A DNA stretch of 64,000 nt from Pristiophorus japonicus (Eukaryota), in the NCBI RefSeq assembly GCF_044704955.1, contig NC_091997.1, positions 15,190,001-15,254,000 on the forward strand, given 5' to 3'. How positions within the stretch are numbered: position 1 is the stretch's first letter; each line of letters begins with the position of its first letter. A program made the position numbers and the translations under genes. The notes below the pieces were generated by a model. That model made no database searches and was not told the DNA's origin. It worked only from the letters and a program-made list of their open reading frames with translations. Below are positions 37,204 to 49,451 of this stretch, in pieces.

Positions 37204-38699
37204 CCCTGGCTGGTGCATACTGAAGAGTTCCTCCAGATCTGAAGCGCACTTTCAGCATGCCTACTGTCTGCTCTATGACACATTTGGTGGACATGTGGCT
37301 TTCATTGTATCTCTCCTGGGCCTTAGTACTTTGCCTCCTCAAGGGTGTCCTGAGCCACATCTTCAGTGAATGCCTCTTGTCTCCAAGCAGCCAGCGGGGA
37401 AGACTGTTTGGACTGTTTGGAGGAGTGGAGAGCTGAGGGAGGGTGGACTGGAAAAGGATGAAAGAATCATGGCAGCTGGCATGGAATTTGGTGCACACAT
37501 GCATGATCATCTTCCTATGGTTGCAGACGAGCTGCACATAGAGGGAGTAGAAGCCCTTGCAGTTGACAAACACTCCTGGGTGATGACGCGGTGCCCTGAT
37601 CGACACATGTGTACAGTCGATGGTGTCCTGTACCCGTGGGAAGCCAGTCAGAGCCGCAAAGCTGAGCGCCCGCTCAGTAACACTGGCATCAGCAGTGGCA
37701 AAGTTCATATCATTGACTGACTTGTCAAACAGGGCATCAGTGACCTGTGTGATGCATCTGTGGGCCACCGACTGCGGGATGCCGCAAATGACTGCTGCAG
37801 ATCCTTGGAAAGAGCCTGAGGTGAAGAGGTTGAGGGCGCTGGTGACTTTGACAGTCACTGGTAAGATGTGGGCTGCAGGTCTTGCTCCAGCAAGGTGCAA
37901 ATGTCTGCAATGACCTGGCGCGATAGCTTGAGCCTCCTCTGGCACTGCTGCTCAGTCATGTTGTGGAAGCTCATCCTCTGCCTGTATACCCTGTGTTGGG
38001 GGTATCGCCTCTGGCGCAGTGCAGCCCTGCGCTAATGCCCTCTGTCCTGTGGAGCATCAGGTGGTTGAGGAGAAGGTTGGTGCACTTGGTGCTGCTGGTG
38101 TGGGGCTCACTGTGATCCGATACTGAGGACCAAGGTGAGAGAGTATAAACGGCACTCATGCTGATGGAATAGATGCGGATAAAGTAGAGATGACAGAAGC
38201 AATCTATCAGTGGTGTGATAGGTTCCAACAATGAGGTGACACTGGATGGTGACTTTGCTGGAAACACTTGCAGCCTGCAGAAAGCTAAATCTGTGTTGAC
38301 AATGCACTCAGTAGCAGCAGCTGCCTGAGAAAAGGGATCAGGTGTGAGGTGGGAGTTTTTATTGTACTTTTCCTGCTGTGCACCAATCAGCTGGATCAGT
38401 GGCCAGTCACCTTCCGCCTCAGATTGGCAGACGTGGTTCCCGAGCTGCGTGATTCCTGTGGTCATATGGTGAAATTTGAAAGGTAGTTTGAAAAAGGGTC
38501 CTGCAAGTACCTAATAATGATTTAAACTAACTCGCCCGCCTCTGCTGGCCGGATCGCTGCTGGGCCGGCAAACACGCCTGAGGGAAAGGCTCATGGGGGT
38601 GGGACGACAGCGGGTTTCCGACCCACTACAAGATATTACAAATTTCCCACCCGACCCGCCTCCAATCACGGCTGAACAGACCGCAGAAAATTCCAGCCT
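37193..38699 (-). pseudogene. Harbinger/PIF DDE transposase (HARBI1-like), frameshifted and 3'-truncated, with element end at about 38699
   Basis: ORF 37193-37945: [65 protein letters not shown] (DDE_Tnp_4 motifs); N-terminal [11 protein letters not shown] in an upstream frame; TIR-like GAAAATTCCAGCCT. Confidence 0.9.
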
Positions 38700-38832
38700 C
38701 AGATTTTTAAAGGATGGGCTGCATGTTGAATACTTGTGGCAGAGGAGAAGAAACCTGCTGGTTGGATGTTTTCATGCCTGGGACATACAGTTGGAGAGTC
38801 GAGTTTGTCTTTAAATGTTAATATGTTATTGA

Positions 38833-39361
38833 CTGTAGAGCCATCTTATTGATCAATGTTCCTGATAATGTTCTGCTTAGCTACCAGTCAATGGATAGGT
38901 TCTTTACGGAAACATTTCTGCTGGATAGCTGTGTTCAAATGCATATGACATATATCTCTCAATCACCCACTGGTGTCCTGAGATCAATCAGAGCAAACAG
39001 GGTTCTAATCTCAAAGGGAGTTCCTGCTCACTCCTTTTGTTTGTACCACTGTACCCCAGCTCGTGTGGAGGTGGTCTCGTGCAGCTCCATGGGCCATTCC
39101 ACATCCCCAGGTATGAGCTAATCCAGGTTTGGTATTATCCGTAGAGTTAGCGAAGCATGTTGTTCTTTGTTCTTTTTATCTCCGAAGAAGGATCATGTGT
39201 TAAACATTCTATAAGTTTCTGTACTGTGACTTATTCCTGCTTATCTGTTACTCTTAATAAACCTGTTGTGTGGTTTACAGCCTAAACTGTGGCCTTATAG
39301 AATGTTTATTCTTCCACTATTCAAAGGCTAGGAGATCATGAGAGGGCATGTAATATCCACA
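38833..39361 (+). mobile_element. Possible old solo LTR
   Basis: TGTAG start, AATAAA at about 39255 followed by a GT-rich tract, ends CCACA; no TSD seen. Confidence 0.35.
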
Positions 39362-39408
39362 TAGGTTTCTGTTTGACCCCTGGGCAATGCTACATTAGCA
39401 GATACCAA

Positions 39409-40105
39409 GGGGGAGAAATTGGAGTCATTTGCGCCTCCCGTTAGCACCCCTGGGTAACGACTCCTGCTAAATTCATCAGGAGTTTAGCACCAGCGTTACG
39501 GCGTTGCGCCCCGATCTCCATCGCCCGGAGATCGTGATGTCATCGCCGCGCGCATTGCCCCGTTAGCACCCTGTCCCGTAAATTATTGTTTCGCCCCCTG
39601 AATTTGCTTGGGCAATAACAGCGACTGCTTCAGGGGACATGTACCCGGCAACCGGCCGCTACCGGGGTGAAATTTAAGGGGGAGGTGGCCGGTTGCTCCT
39701 GAAAAATATCTCCCATTTTCTTTTCCGCTCAGGTGCTGCTTTGGATGGGGGGGTCGGTGCTGCGATCGCTCAGCCTGACACTCTGCTTGAGTGCTGGGCT
39801 GATCGCGCGCCACGCCCACTCCCCGGTAGTCCAGGTAGGTGGGTTCCTCATCTGCAGAGTATGCAGCTTGGGCCCTTCTCTTTACTTGAGGGAAGGGCCC
39901 CTCGTACGCGGCAGCGCTACACGGCCCAGTGCGTAGCGTTACTGAGCCAAGCGCCCAGGAAGGAAGTGGAGTGCTTGATTTAGCGCTCCACTTCCTTTCG
40001 GGGACAGTAACCCCAATTTATTGCGAGAGGCGAGACTTCTGCACCTGGCGCAAAAGTTTGTGCCTCGCAAGTGTACCGCATGGGACGGTCCTGAATTTCT
40101 CGGTC
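39409..40105. mobile_element. Harbinger-type MITE
   Basis: GGGGGAGAAATTGG start, GAATTTCTCGG end; inverted homolog of 10507-11168 and 18671-19360. Confidence 0.78.
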
Positions 40106-40489
40106 CATGTGTATATGACTCACAGTCTGGTTTGTAGAAAAGGGGGTCTTGCTTACAGGAGTTGCATTTGGCATTGAGCATGAGAAAATATTTCCGGAAA
40201 GCCTTACAATGTATTAATTGTCTCTGTGTATGTACACAGGGAGGAAGACATTATTGCTGTCCTTGAGTCTGTCGGAGCAGAAGAGCAGGAAGCCAAAATA
40301 ACGTCAGAATGATACTGAGGCTGTGCAGGTTAAATGATGAGGACAGGTTATCATAAAAGCACAGAAAGATACAACACAGAAGGAGGTCATTCGGCCCATT
40401 GTGGTGGCCTGTGGACTTGACTATTCCAACGGACTTGATTATTCTAACTCATTCCTGGACAGCCTCCCACATTCTACCCTACATAAACT

Positions 40490-41680
40490 TGAGTGGACAA
40501 GGGAGAACCAGTGGATGTGGTGTATTTGGACTTTCAAAAGGCTTTTGACAAGGTCCCACACAAGAGATTAATGTGCAAAATTAAAGCACATGGTATTGGG
40601 GGTAATGTACTGACGTGGATAGAGAACTGGTTGGCAGACAGGAAGCAGAGAGTCGGTATAAACGGGTCCTTTTCAGAATGGCAGGCAGTGACTAGTAGAG
40701 TGCCGCAGGGCTCAGTGCTGGGACCACAGCTCTTTGCAATATATATTAATGATTTAGATGATGGAATTGAGTGTAATATCTCCAAGTTTGCAGATGACAC
40801 TAAACTTGGTGGTGGTGTGAGCTGTGAGGAGGATGCTAAGAGGCTGCAGGGAGACTTGGACAGGTTAGGCGAGTGGGCAAATACATGGCAGATGCAGTAT
40901 AATGTGGATAAATGTGAGGTTATCCACTTTGGGGGCAAAAACACGAACGCAGAATATTATCTGAATGGCAGCAGATTCGGAAAAGGGGAGGTGCAGCGAG
41001 ACCTGGTGTCATGGTTCATCAGTCATTGAAAGTTGGCATGCAGGTACAACAGGCGTTGAAGAAGGCAAATGGTATGTTGGCCTTCATAGCAAGGGGATTT
41101 GAGTATAGGAGCAGGGAGGTCTGACTGCCTTGGTGAGGCCCCACCTGGAATATTGTGTTCAGTTTTGGTCTCCTATTCTGAGGAAGGACGTTCTTGCTAT
41201 TGAGGGAGTGCAGCGGAGGTTCACCAGACTGATTCCAGGCATGGCTGGACTGACATATGAGGAGAGACTGGATCAACTGGGTCTTTATACACTGGAGTTC
41301 AGAAGATTGAGAGGGGATCTCATAGAAACATATAAGATTCTGACTGGACTGGACAGGCTAGATGTGGGAAGAATGTTCCCAATGTTGGGGAAGTCCAGAA
41401 CCAGGGGACACAGTCTTAGGATAAGGGACAGGCCGTTTAGGACTGAGATGAGGAGAAACTTCTTCACTCAGAGAGTTGTTAACCTGTGGAATTCCCTGCC
41501 GCAGAGAGTTGTTGATGCCAGTTCATTGGATAGATTCAAGAGGGAATTAGATATGGCCCTTACGGCTTAAGCGATCAAGACGTATGGAGAGAAAGCAGGA
41601 AAGGGGTACTAAAGGAATGATCAGCCATGATCTTATTGAATGGTGGTGCAGCTATTTTCTATGTTTCTATGTTTCTATGA
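40490..41680 (+). mobile_element. CR1 LINE, 5'-truncated
   Basis: ORFs 40493-41029 ([23 protein letters not shown]) and 41130-41570; (TTTCTATG)n tail. Confidence 0.94.
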
Positions 41681-41995
41681 TCCAACACTCGACTGCCTGT
41701 GCCCTAACTCGCATCAAGTCCTGCTCACCCATCACCCCTAAACACGCTGACCTACATTGGCTCCCAGTTAAGCAATGCCTCAATTTCAAAATTCTCATCC
41801 TTGTTTTCAAATCCCTCAATGGCCTCGCCCCTCCATATCTCTGTAATCTCCTTCAGCCCCACAACCCTCCGAGATATCTGCGCTCCTCTAATTCTGCCCT
41901 CTTGAGCATCCCTGATTATAGTCGCTCAACCATTGGTGGCCATGCCTTCTGTTGCCTCAGCCCCAAGCTCTGGAATTCCCTACCTTCACCTCTCT
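41681..41995 (+). mobile_element. L2-clade LINE fragment
   Basis: SPITP.HADLHWLPVKQCLNFKILILVFKSLNGLAPPYL...LRSS...STIGGHAF...PKLWNSLP. Confidence 0.88.
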
Positions 41996-42009
41996 GCCCC
42001 CTTCAAGAT

Positions 42010-45000
42010 GCTCCTTCCACTACCTGCACTACCCTTTCAGGCAATGCATTCCAGATCAGAACAACTCGTTATGTAAAAAAATGTTTCCTTATGTCGCCTC
42101 TGGTTCTTTTGCCTATCACCTTAAATCTGTGTCCTCTGTTACTGATCATTCATGATTTTGAACATCTTTATCAAATCTCCTATTAACCTTCTCTGCTCTA
42201 AGGCAAACAACTCCAGCTTCTCCAGCCTCTCCACATAGCTGAAGTCCTCTATCCCTGGTACCATTCTAGTAAATCTCTTCTGCACTTCCTCTAATCCTTC
42301 CTAAAACATGGTGCCCAGAACTGAAGACAATACTCCAGCTGTGGCCTAACCAGTTTTTGCAAAGGTTTAGGAAAACTTGCTTTTGTATTCTATTCTTAAA
42401 TTAATACACCCAAGGTTCACATATAGATTTTTAACAGCCTTCTCACCTTGTCCTCCCAACTTGATAGATCTGTATACATACACCCCCATGTCATCTGTTT
42501 CTGTACCCCCTTTAAAATTGTACCATTTAGTTTATATTGCTTCTCCTCATTCTTCCTACCAAAATGTATCACTGCACATTTCCCTGCTTTAAATTTCATC
42601 TGCCATGTGTCTGCCCATTTTACCAGGTTGTTATGTCTTTATGAAATCTATTACTATCATCCTCATTGGTTACTACATTTCTGAGTTTTGTAATATCTGC
42701 AATGTAAAGTCCTGTCCCCTCAGTACAGATTCACAAGAGGCATGTAGTGAAGTCAAGGTCACTCTGGACCTGCACCTTTATTTCACAGCTCTGGAATGCT
42801 GCACTTGCCTGAGACCCGTCCTTATATACCTGTCTCTTGCAAGTGCACCCCTGGTGGTAAGGTATGCTGGTGGTTACAGGTCATATTTTATTAGTCATGT
42901 ACAGCATGTTAGGATACAGTTATATATAATAATGTAAGATACTGACATCACCCTCCCCCAAGGTCTTATTGTCTTTATAGGTTCAGTCTCTCACATGGTC
43001 TACGCTCTCGCGTGGAGCGTCTGAGTTGTGGTTCAGTTGTTTGCCTTGGTGTCTGTTTTTCTTTGGGTGTGGTTGCTGGTATCTCACCTGGGCTGTCTGT
43101 TTCGATTGGTGTGATTGTTGTTGACTCGCCTGGGCTGTCTGTCTGTTGGGATTGCCCTTTCCTCAGGTTGTTCCCTCTGTCTGTCCACTAGGTGTGATGC
43201 GAGTTCCACATTATAGTCTGCCTCTGGTTCCGCAGTGTTGTTGCTAAATCTGCTTTTGACTTGGTCTACATGCCTGCGGCAGGTTTTGCCATTGTCCATT
43301 TTTACTACCAGTAGCCTGTTTCCTTCCTTGCCAGTTACTGTCCCTGCAAGCCATTTGGGACCCCTGCCATAGTTTAGTACAAACACTTTGTCCCCTATCT
43401 CATTCCATCTCCCCCTCGAATTTCTGTCATGGTACTCAGTCAGCTTATGGCGCTTTGCCTCAACAATTTCGTGCATGTCTGGGAGGATTAATGAGAGCCT
43501 TGTTTTTAAAGTCCTTTTCATCAACAGTTGCGTGGGGGGGAATGAGTGCGGACGAGATCTGTATGCCAGCAGCAGCCGTGACAGGCGACCCTGCAGCGTG
43601 GGACCTTGGATTTTAAACATGCCTTGTTTCATGATTTGTACTGCTCTCTCCACCTGGCCGTTGGAGGCCGGTTTGAACGGTGCCGTCTTGACGTGATTTA
43701 TGCCGTGGTCAATTATACAATCTTGGAATTCTGCGCTGGTGAAGCATGGACCATTGTCACTGACCAATATGTCAGGGATTCCGTGCATTGCAAACATGGT
43801 TGCGAGGCTCTCCACAGTGGTGGAGGTTGCGTTCGAGTTTAAAATGGTGAATTCGATCCATTTTGAAAATGCATCTACAACTACGAGGAACATTTTGCCC
43901 ATGAATGGGCCCGCATAGTCTACGTGCACCCGCGACTACGGTTTGGTAGGCCAGGGCCAGGGGCTCAGGGGAGCCTCCCTGGGGGCATTGCTGAGTTGGG
44001 CACAAATGGTGCACCTTCGGACGCAGAGCTCCAAGTCCGCGTCAATACCAGGCCACCAGACGTGGGATCTGGCTATGGCCTTCATGAGAACGATCCCGGG
44101 TGCTCGCGGTGGAGCTCCTGGACAAATGCCTCTCTGCCTCGCAGAGGCATGACTACTCGGCTGCCCCACATCAGGCAGTCTGCTTGTAGTGATAGCTCAT
44201 GTATGCGCCTGTGAAAGGGTTTTAATTCCTCGGGTCAGGCATCGCGAGCCTCTGCCCAGTCACCGGTTAGGACACATCTTTTTACTAAGGATAACATGGG
44301 GTCGGTGGCCGTCCAGGCTCTGATTTGGCGAGCTGTCAGGGGCGAACCTGTAGACTCAAACGACTGCCATGACTATCTCACAGTCCTGTTCATCAGACCC
44401 TTCCGTGGTCGCCAGGGGTAGCCTGTTGAGCGCGTCGGCACAGTTGTCTGTGCCTGGTCTGTGCCTTATGGTATAGTCGTAGGACGCCAGCTTGAGTGCC
44501 TACCGTTGAATTCGCGCCGAGGCGTTGGCGTTTATTGCCTTGCTCTCAGATAGGAGGGATGTGAGGGACTTGTGGTTAGTTTCTAACGCGAACTTGGCCC
44601 GAAAAGGTATTGGTGCATCTTTTTGACACTGTACACGCACGCGAGCGCCTCCTTCTCTACCATTCCGTACCTGCGCTCTGCCCGCGAAAGTGACCTGGAG
44701 GCATAAGCTATGGGTTGTAATTTGCCCGCACTATTGACATGTTGCAAAACGCACCCGACCCCATATGCTGATGCATCGCATGTGAGATCTAGCTTTTTAC
44801 CTGGGTCAAAGAAAGTCAAAACACTGTTGGAACACAAAAGGTTGCATGCCTTATTTAAGGCACGTTCCTGGGCGTCCCCCCAAAAACCAATCGCACCCCT
44901 TCCTGAGTAGCACATGGAGAGGCTCCAGCAGTGTGCTTAAGTTCTGCATAAAGTTCCCAAAGTAATTGAGTAGCCCGAGAAAGGCGCGCAGTTCTGAGAC

Positions 45001-47430
45001 ATTCTGGAGCCTGGGTGACAGGCGAATTGCTTCTGTTTTGGACTCTGTTGGGCGGATTCCATCAGCGGCAATTCTTCTGCCCAAAAATTCAACCTCGGGT
45101 GCGAGAACAGGCACTTGGATTTCTTGACTCGTAGGCCTACCCGATCCAACTGCTTTAGTACTTCCTCCAAATTACGGAGATGGGAGTCGGTGTCCCTGCC
45201 CGTGATGAGTATGTCATCTTGAAATACAACCGTCCCCGGGATGGACTTGAGCAGACTCTCCATGTTGCGCTGGAATATGGTAGCTGCCGACCTGATGCCG
45301 AATGGGCATCGATTGTACATGAAAAGGCCTCTGTGTGTTGATGATGGTGAGTAGTTTGGATTCCTCGGTCAATTCTTGTGTCACATACGCAGATGTGAGG
45401 TCTAGTTTTGAGAAAAGTTTACCTCCAGCCAATATGGCAAATAAGTCCTCCGCTCTGGGCAGCGGGTACTGGTCTTGTAGGGAGCCTCGGTTTATGGTAG
45501 ATTTGTAGTCCCCACAGTTTCGTACGGATCCATCAGGCTTCATGACTGGGACGATGGGACTTGCCCAGTCGCTAAATTCCACAGGTGATATAATGCCTTC
45601 CCGCAGAAGCCTGTCTAATTCGTGTTCAATCTTTTCCCTCATCACATAGGGTACAGCTCTGGCCTTGTGATGGACCGGTCTAGCATCCTGTGTGATGTAG
45701 ATTTTGACTTTGGCCCCTTTGAAAGTGCGCACACCTGGCTGAAAGAGATGTTCAAATCGCTTTATAACTGTTGAGCAGGAGGTCCGTTCCTCTAATGACA
45801 AGGCATGGACATCATCCCATTTCCAGTTTAGTTTTGTCAGCCAGCTTCTCCCCAGCAGTGCTGGGGGGTCTCCGGGGACAATCCACAGGGGAAGTCAGTT
45901 CACTGTCCCTTTGTGTGTGACAAAGAGCATGGCGCTGCCGAGGACTGGTACGATTTCTTTGCTATATAGGTCCTTAGTTTGGTGTCGACCCTTGTGAGTT
46001 TTGGTCTGTCTCTTTTATGCGGCCACAGCTGTTCAAATTGTTGAGCACCCATGAGAGACTGACTCGCTCCCGTATCCAGCTCCATGTTGACAGGTATCCC
46101 GTTGAGTAGGACCCTCATCATTATAGGAGGCAACCTGTTGTTAGAGCAGCGGCCATTGATCGTGTTGACCCGCGGTACATCGGTGTCCCGGGTACTGTCC
46201 CCACCGTCATCTGGTCCGCTTTCCAACCCATCCGATTTGTATACCAGCCGAGCTGCCGTTTTTTTGCACATACGGGCCAAATGCCCTGTATATTCACAGT
46301 TCCTGCAAACAGCCTGCTGAAATCGACATCCCCTTGACGAGTGCCCACCCCCACACCTCCAGCACAGACTGCTTCTGGCTGATCTCTCTTGAGCTTCTCT
46401 CAGTTTGTAGTTGATTGCTCGCATTGTGAGTTGATGAGGTGTGGTCGGCCATTCCTGTGGCCCTTGATGGCTTCTGGCGCCACTGCCTGCTGTCGAGAGC
46501 CTGTTCTCCCGGTTTTGTCTGTGTGTGGGGGTAGCAGCTTGTTTAATGCTGTGAACTTCTTGTTCCGATATTTCATTAGTTGTCGTACCTGCAGTGTAAA
46601 TCAACCTCGTTTCTTCTTCCCCTACCAAGAATGTCTGTGCAACCAGTGCTGCTGCCTCTTAGGTCAGGTTCTTGGTCTCTATGAGCTTTCGGAATATGCC
46701 TGCGTGGCCGATTCCTTCAATGAAAAAGTCTCTCAGCATTTCTCTCCTCAGTTCATCGGAGAACTCACATAAATTAGCCAACCTCCGAAGTTCCGCCACG
46801 AAGTCTGGCCCACACAGCGTCTGTAGCTGTAGAACCTGTGTCTGGCCATGTGTAGGCTGCTCGCTGGCTTCAGGTGGTCTCTCACCAGTGTGCTCAATTC
46901 TTCAAACGACTTGCTTGCTGGTTTCTCGGCAGCAGATCCTTCATTAAAGCGTATGTTTTCGAGCCACAGCTGGTCAAGAGATGGGCTCTTCTCTTGTCTG
47001 CGTTGTCGTCTCCTAACCAGTCTTTGGTTACAAAGCTTTGCTGGAGCATTTCTATAAAGTCCTCCCAATTGTCTCCAGAATTGTACTTTTCAGCTGATCC
47101 GTTGTTCGCCATTCTGTGGATTCTGTAATCCCGTAACTCGTCGCCACTGTAAAGTCCTGTCCCCTCAGTACAGATTCACACGAGGCATGTCGTGAAGTCA
47201 AGGTCACTCTGGACCTGCACCTTTATTTCACAGCTCTGGAATGCTGCACTTGCCTGAGACCCGTCCTTATATACCTGTCTCTTGCACCCCTGGTGGTAAG
47301 GTATGCTGGTGGTTACAGGTCATATCTTATTACAGTCATGTATAGCATGTTAGGATACAGTTATATATAATAATGTAAGATACATGACATGCAAACTTTG
47401 AAATTATGCCCTGTATACCCAAGTCCAAGT
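42010..47430 (-). mobile_element. Old CR1 fragment (42010-42702 plus 47395-47430), split by the Gypsy insertion
   Basis: MKFKAGKCAVIHFGRKNEE; joining the flanks restores GIISKFADITKL. Confidence 0.85.
42703..47389 (-). mobile_element. Full-length Ty3/Gypsy (Mag-like) LTR retrotransposon, frameshifted
   Basis: LTRs 42703-42947 and 47148-47389 (TG...CA); 5-bp TSD TGCAA; PBS TGGCGACGAG (tRNA-Ser-GCU type); PPT GGGGGAGGGTGA; gag with CWRCGGGH/CRNCEYTGH knuckles; protease MELDTGAS; RT FQDD; RNase H CDASAYG; integrase H..H..CxxC and HVDYAGP/SDNG/VERAV. Confidence 0.97.
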
Positions 47431-47469
47431 TCAGGCTGCCTAAACTTGGCTTGTATTCCATTGTGTGTA

Positions 47470-47728
47470 GACGATTGAGTTGATCGGATCGAGGGGTTTA
47501 AAATGTTAAAAGGATTCAATAGGGTAGATAAAGATAAAATATTTACTCTCATGAGTGAATCAAGAACAAAGGTATATAATCTTAAAATTTGAGCTAGGCC
47601 ATTCAGGAGGGAAATCAGGTAGCATCTTTCCACACAAAGGGAGATAACAATCTAGAACTCTCTCGCCCAAAAGCCCATGGATGATAGGGCAATTGGAGCT
47701 TTCAAAACTGAGATTGAGATATTTTTGT
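47470..47728 (+). mobile_element. Old CR1 3' fragment
   Basis: Decayed DRIEGFKMLKGFNRVD...SRTKVYNLKI...FTQR. Confidence 0.7.
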
Positions 47729-47790
47729 AGTCGAGGGGGGAAGAGAGTCGAGGGGGGAAGAGAGTCGAGGGGGGAAGAGAGTAGAGGGGG
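47729..47790 (+). repeat. 17-bp tandem repeat (AGTCGAGGGGGGAAGAG, about 3.5 copies)
   Basis: Read directly from the sequence; followed by a G-rich tract to about 47960. Confidence 0.9.
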
Positions 47791-48197
47791 CAGAAGGTTA
47801 GAAACTTGGGGGGGGAGGGGGAATGGTCAGGAATTTTGGGAGAGGTCGAGCTTGTTGGGAGGGGTGGGGGTAGCACTTGAGAACAATGGGGAGTGTGGTA
47901 GAACTTGATCCAGGTCTAAAGGAAAGTGGGGCGGTGGCAGGGGGGGTGGCGGGGAGGTGATGACAGTAAGAATGTGATCCAGATGTGAAGATTCATCACG
48001 TATCTCCCACCTTTTGTTAGCACTGGATCACGTTCTTCCACCCCCACCCATTTACACCTGCACCCGTTCTCCCTCTCCTCCACACCACCCTCCCTCTCCA
48101 ACCGCAGTGCTTCAAGAAGACAGCTCATGACCAACCTCTCAAGGGTAACTAGGGATAGCAATAAATAAATGAATTTTAAAAATGAGCTTATTCTGTG

Positions 48198-48361
48198 CAA
48201 TGTCCCTGTAAGCTGTAGGACAGTGTGGCCGCACAGCGCTCCAGGAAACCTGCGCAAATGGCTTTTCAATACAAAAAACTGCACATGCGTGATATTTTGA
48301 ATGGCCTGCACAGCCCCTTAAAGGGACCATGCAGGGCCCAACAAAATTAGATGGAACACTG
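48198..48361. mobile_element. hAT-type MITE (164 bp)
   Basis: TIRs CAATGTCCCTGTAA / TTAGATGGAACACTG; 8-bp TSD ATTCTGTG (48190-48197, 48362-48369). Confidence 0.88.
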
Positions 48362-48399
48362 ATTCTGTGCTGGTCCTACAAATGCATAACATAACATTT

Positions 48400-48790
48400 A
48401 TGTGTTAACTGCCAGACTCAATTATTCCAATGTTCTCCTGGCCGGCCTCCCATCTGCCACCCTCAAAGAACTTGAGCTCATCCAAAACTCTGCTGCAAGT
48501 ATCCTAATACATAGCAAGTCCCATTCACCTATCACCCCTGTGCCCGTTGACCTACATTGGCTCATGGTTCCCTCTAAGCTGCGCAGCCACACAGCTGTCT
48601 GGAGGTATCGCGCAGGCCGCTTAACGGCTTCTGAATGGGAGAACATGCGCAAAATGTTGAATGGGCTGCATCGCCCGTTGAAAGCACCGTACACCCGCTA
48701 AAAAAATTAGGGGGAAAATTATCCACATACAGCTTGATTTTAAAATTCTCATCCTCATGTTAAAATCCCTCACCCTTTCCTATCTGAACT
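48400..48790 (+). mobile_element. L2 fragment interrupted by a second hAT-type MITE (about 48565-48722)
   Basis: RLNYSNVLLAGLPS...LELIQNSAA...ITPVPVDLHWL, then GTTCCCTCTAAGCTGCGC...AATTAGGGGGAAAAT, then L2 resumes (DFKILIL). Confidence 0.8.
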
Positions 48791-48879
48791 CGGCAGAGTG
48801 AGCACTGTGAGTGCTCCTAACCCAGGAGGGTGAAGCCTGTGTGCTCTCTGAAAGCAGTCGTGTTAGCATTTTTTTCTTC

Positions 48880-49450
48880 TTAGATGGTCCCTCATATTGC
48901 AGATGACTTGCTTCCACACCAAAAAGGGATGAGTTCACAGGTGTTTCAATGAAGGACCTGACATTCCAGGTCCCGAACTACATCCTGAAGGGTGGAAGAT
49001 GCCTGTGTGTGGATTTTTTTTACGTGTGGTGGCCGTTGCACACCAGCCACCACACGGGCTTGACAGAGCTAGGTCTTGGTCCAGTGGCAAGGATTGATCA
49101 AGACAATTGGAGACCAGCCCTGCTGCACGGACCTAGGGCGCACACAAATCGCAGTGTGGGCTGGCCCGTGCTGTCCCTGGGCCCTCGACTTTCCTGGGCC
49201 CCGAACTCACACCTCTCTTGGGTCCCGATCACGTCTCTACAATCTCTCTACAGAACTCTACAATCTCTCGCCGCTCCTTCGCCCCGACCTCACCGCTCCT
49301 GCTGTACCTGCCCACGCTCCAATCAGCAACCTTGATTTTGGTGACGTCCAATCCAGCCGCCCTTCTCCAAGTCGTTGCCCTCCTGCACCGGTTCGTGCTG
49401 CTCCAAGTGGCCTCCACACTGCTCCCGGGCCACTGCACCTCCACTCCTTT
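48880..49450 (-). mobile_element. RTE-derived bipartite non-autonomous element (5' UTR-like part fused to 3' tail)
   Basis: Same sequence as 4937-5132, extended on the minus strand by CCTTGCCACTGGACCAAGACCTAGCTCTGTCAAGCCCGTGTGG; no ORF2 between the parts. Confidence 0.7.
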
Positions 49451-49451
49451 T

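Noticed and set aside
37193-37945. Host HARBI1 gene
   Set aside because: Frameshifted, truncated, degenerate motif (GDKRH for GDxGY) and next to a TIR; it is a transposon relic.
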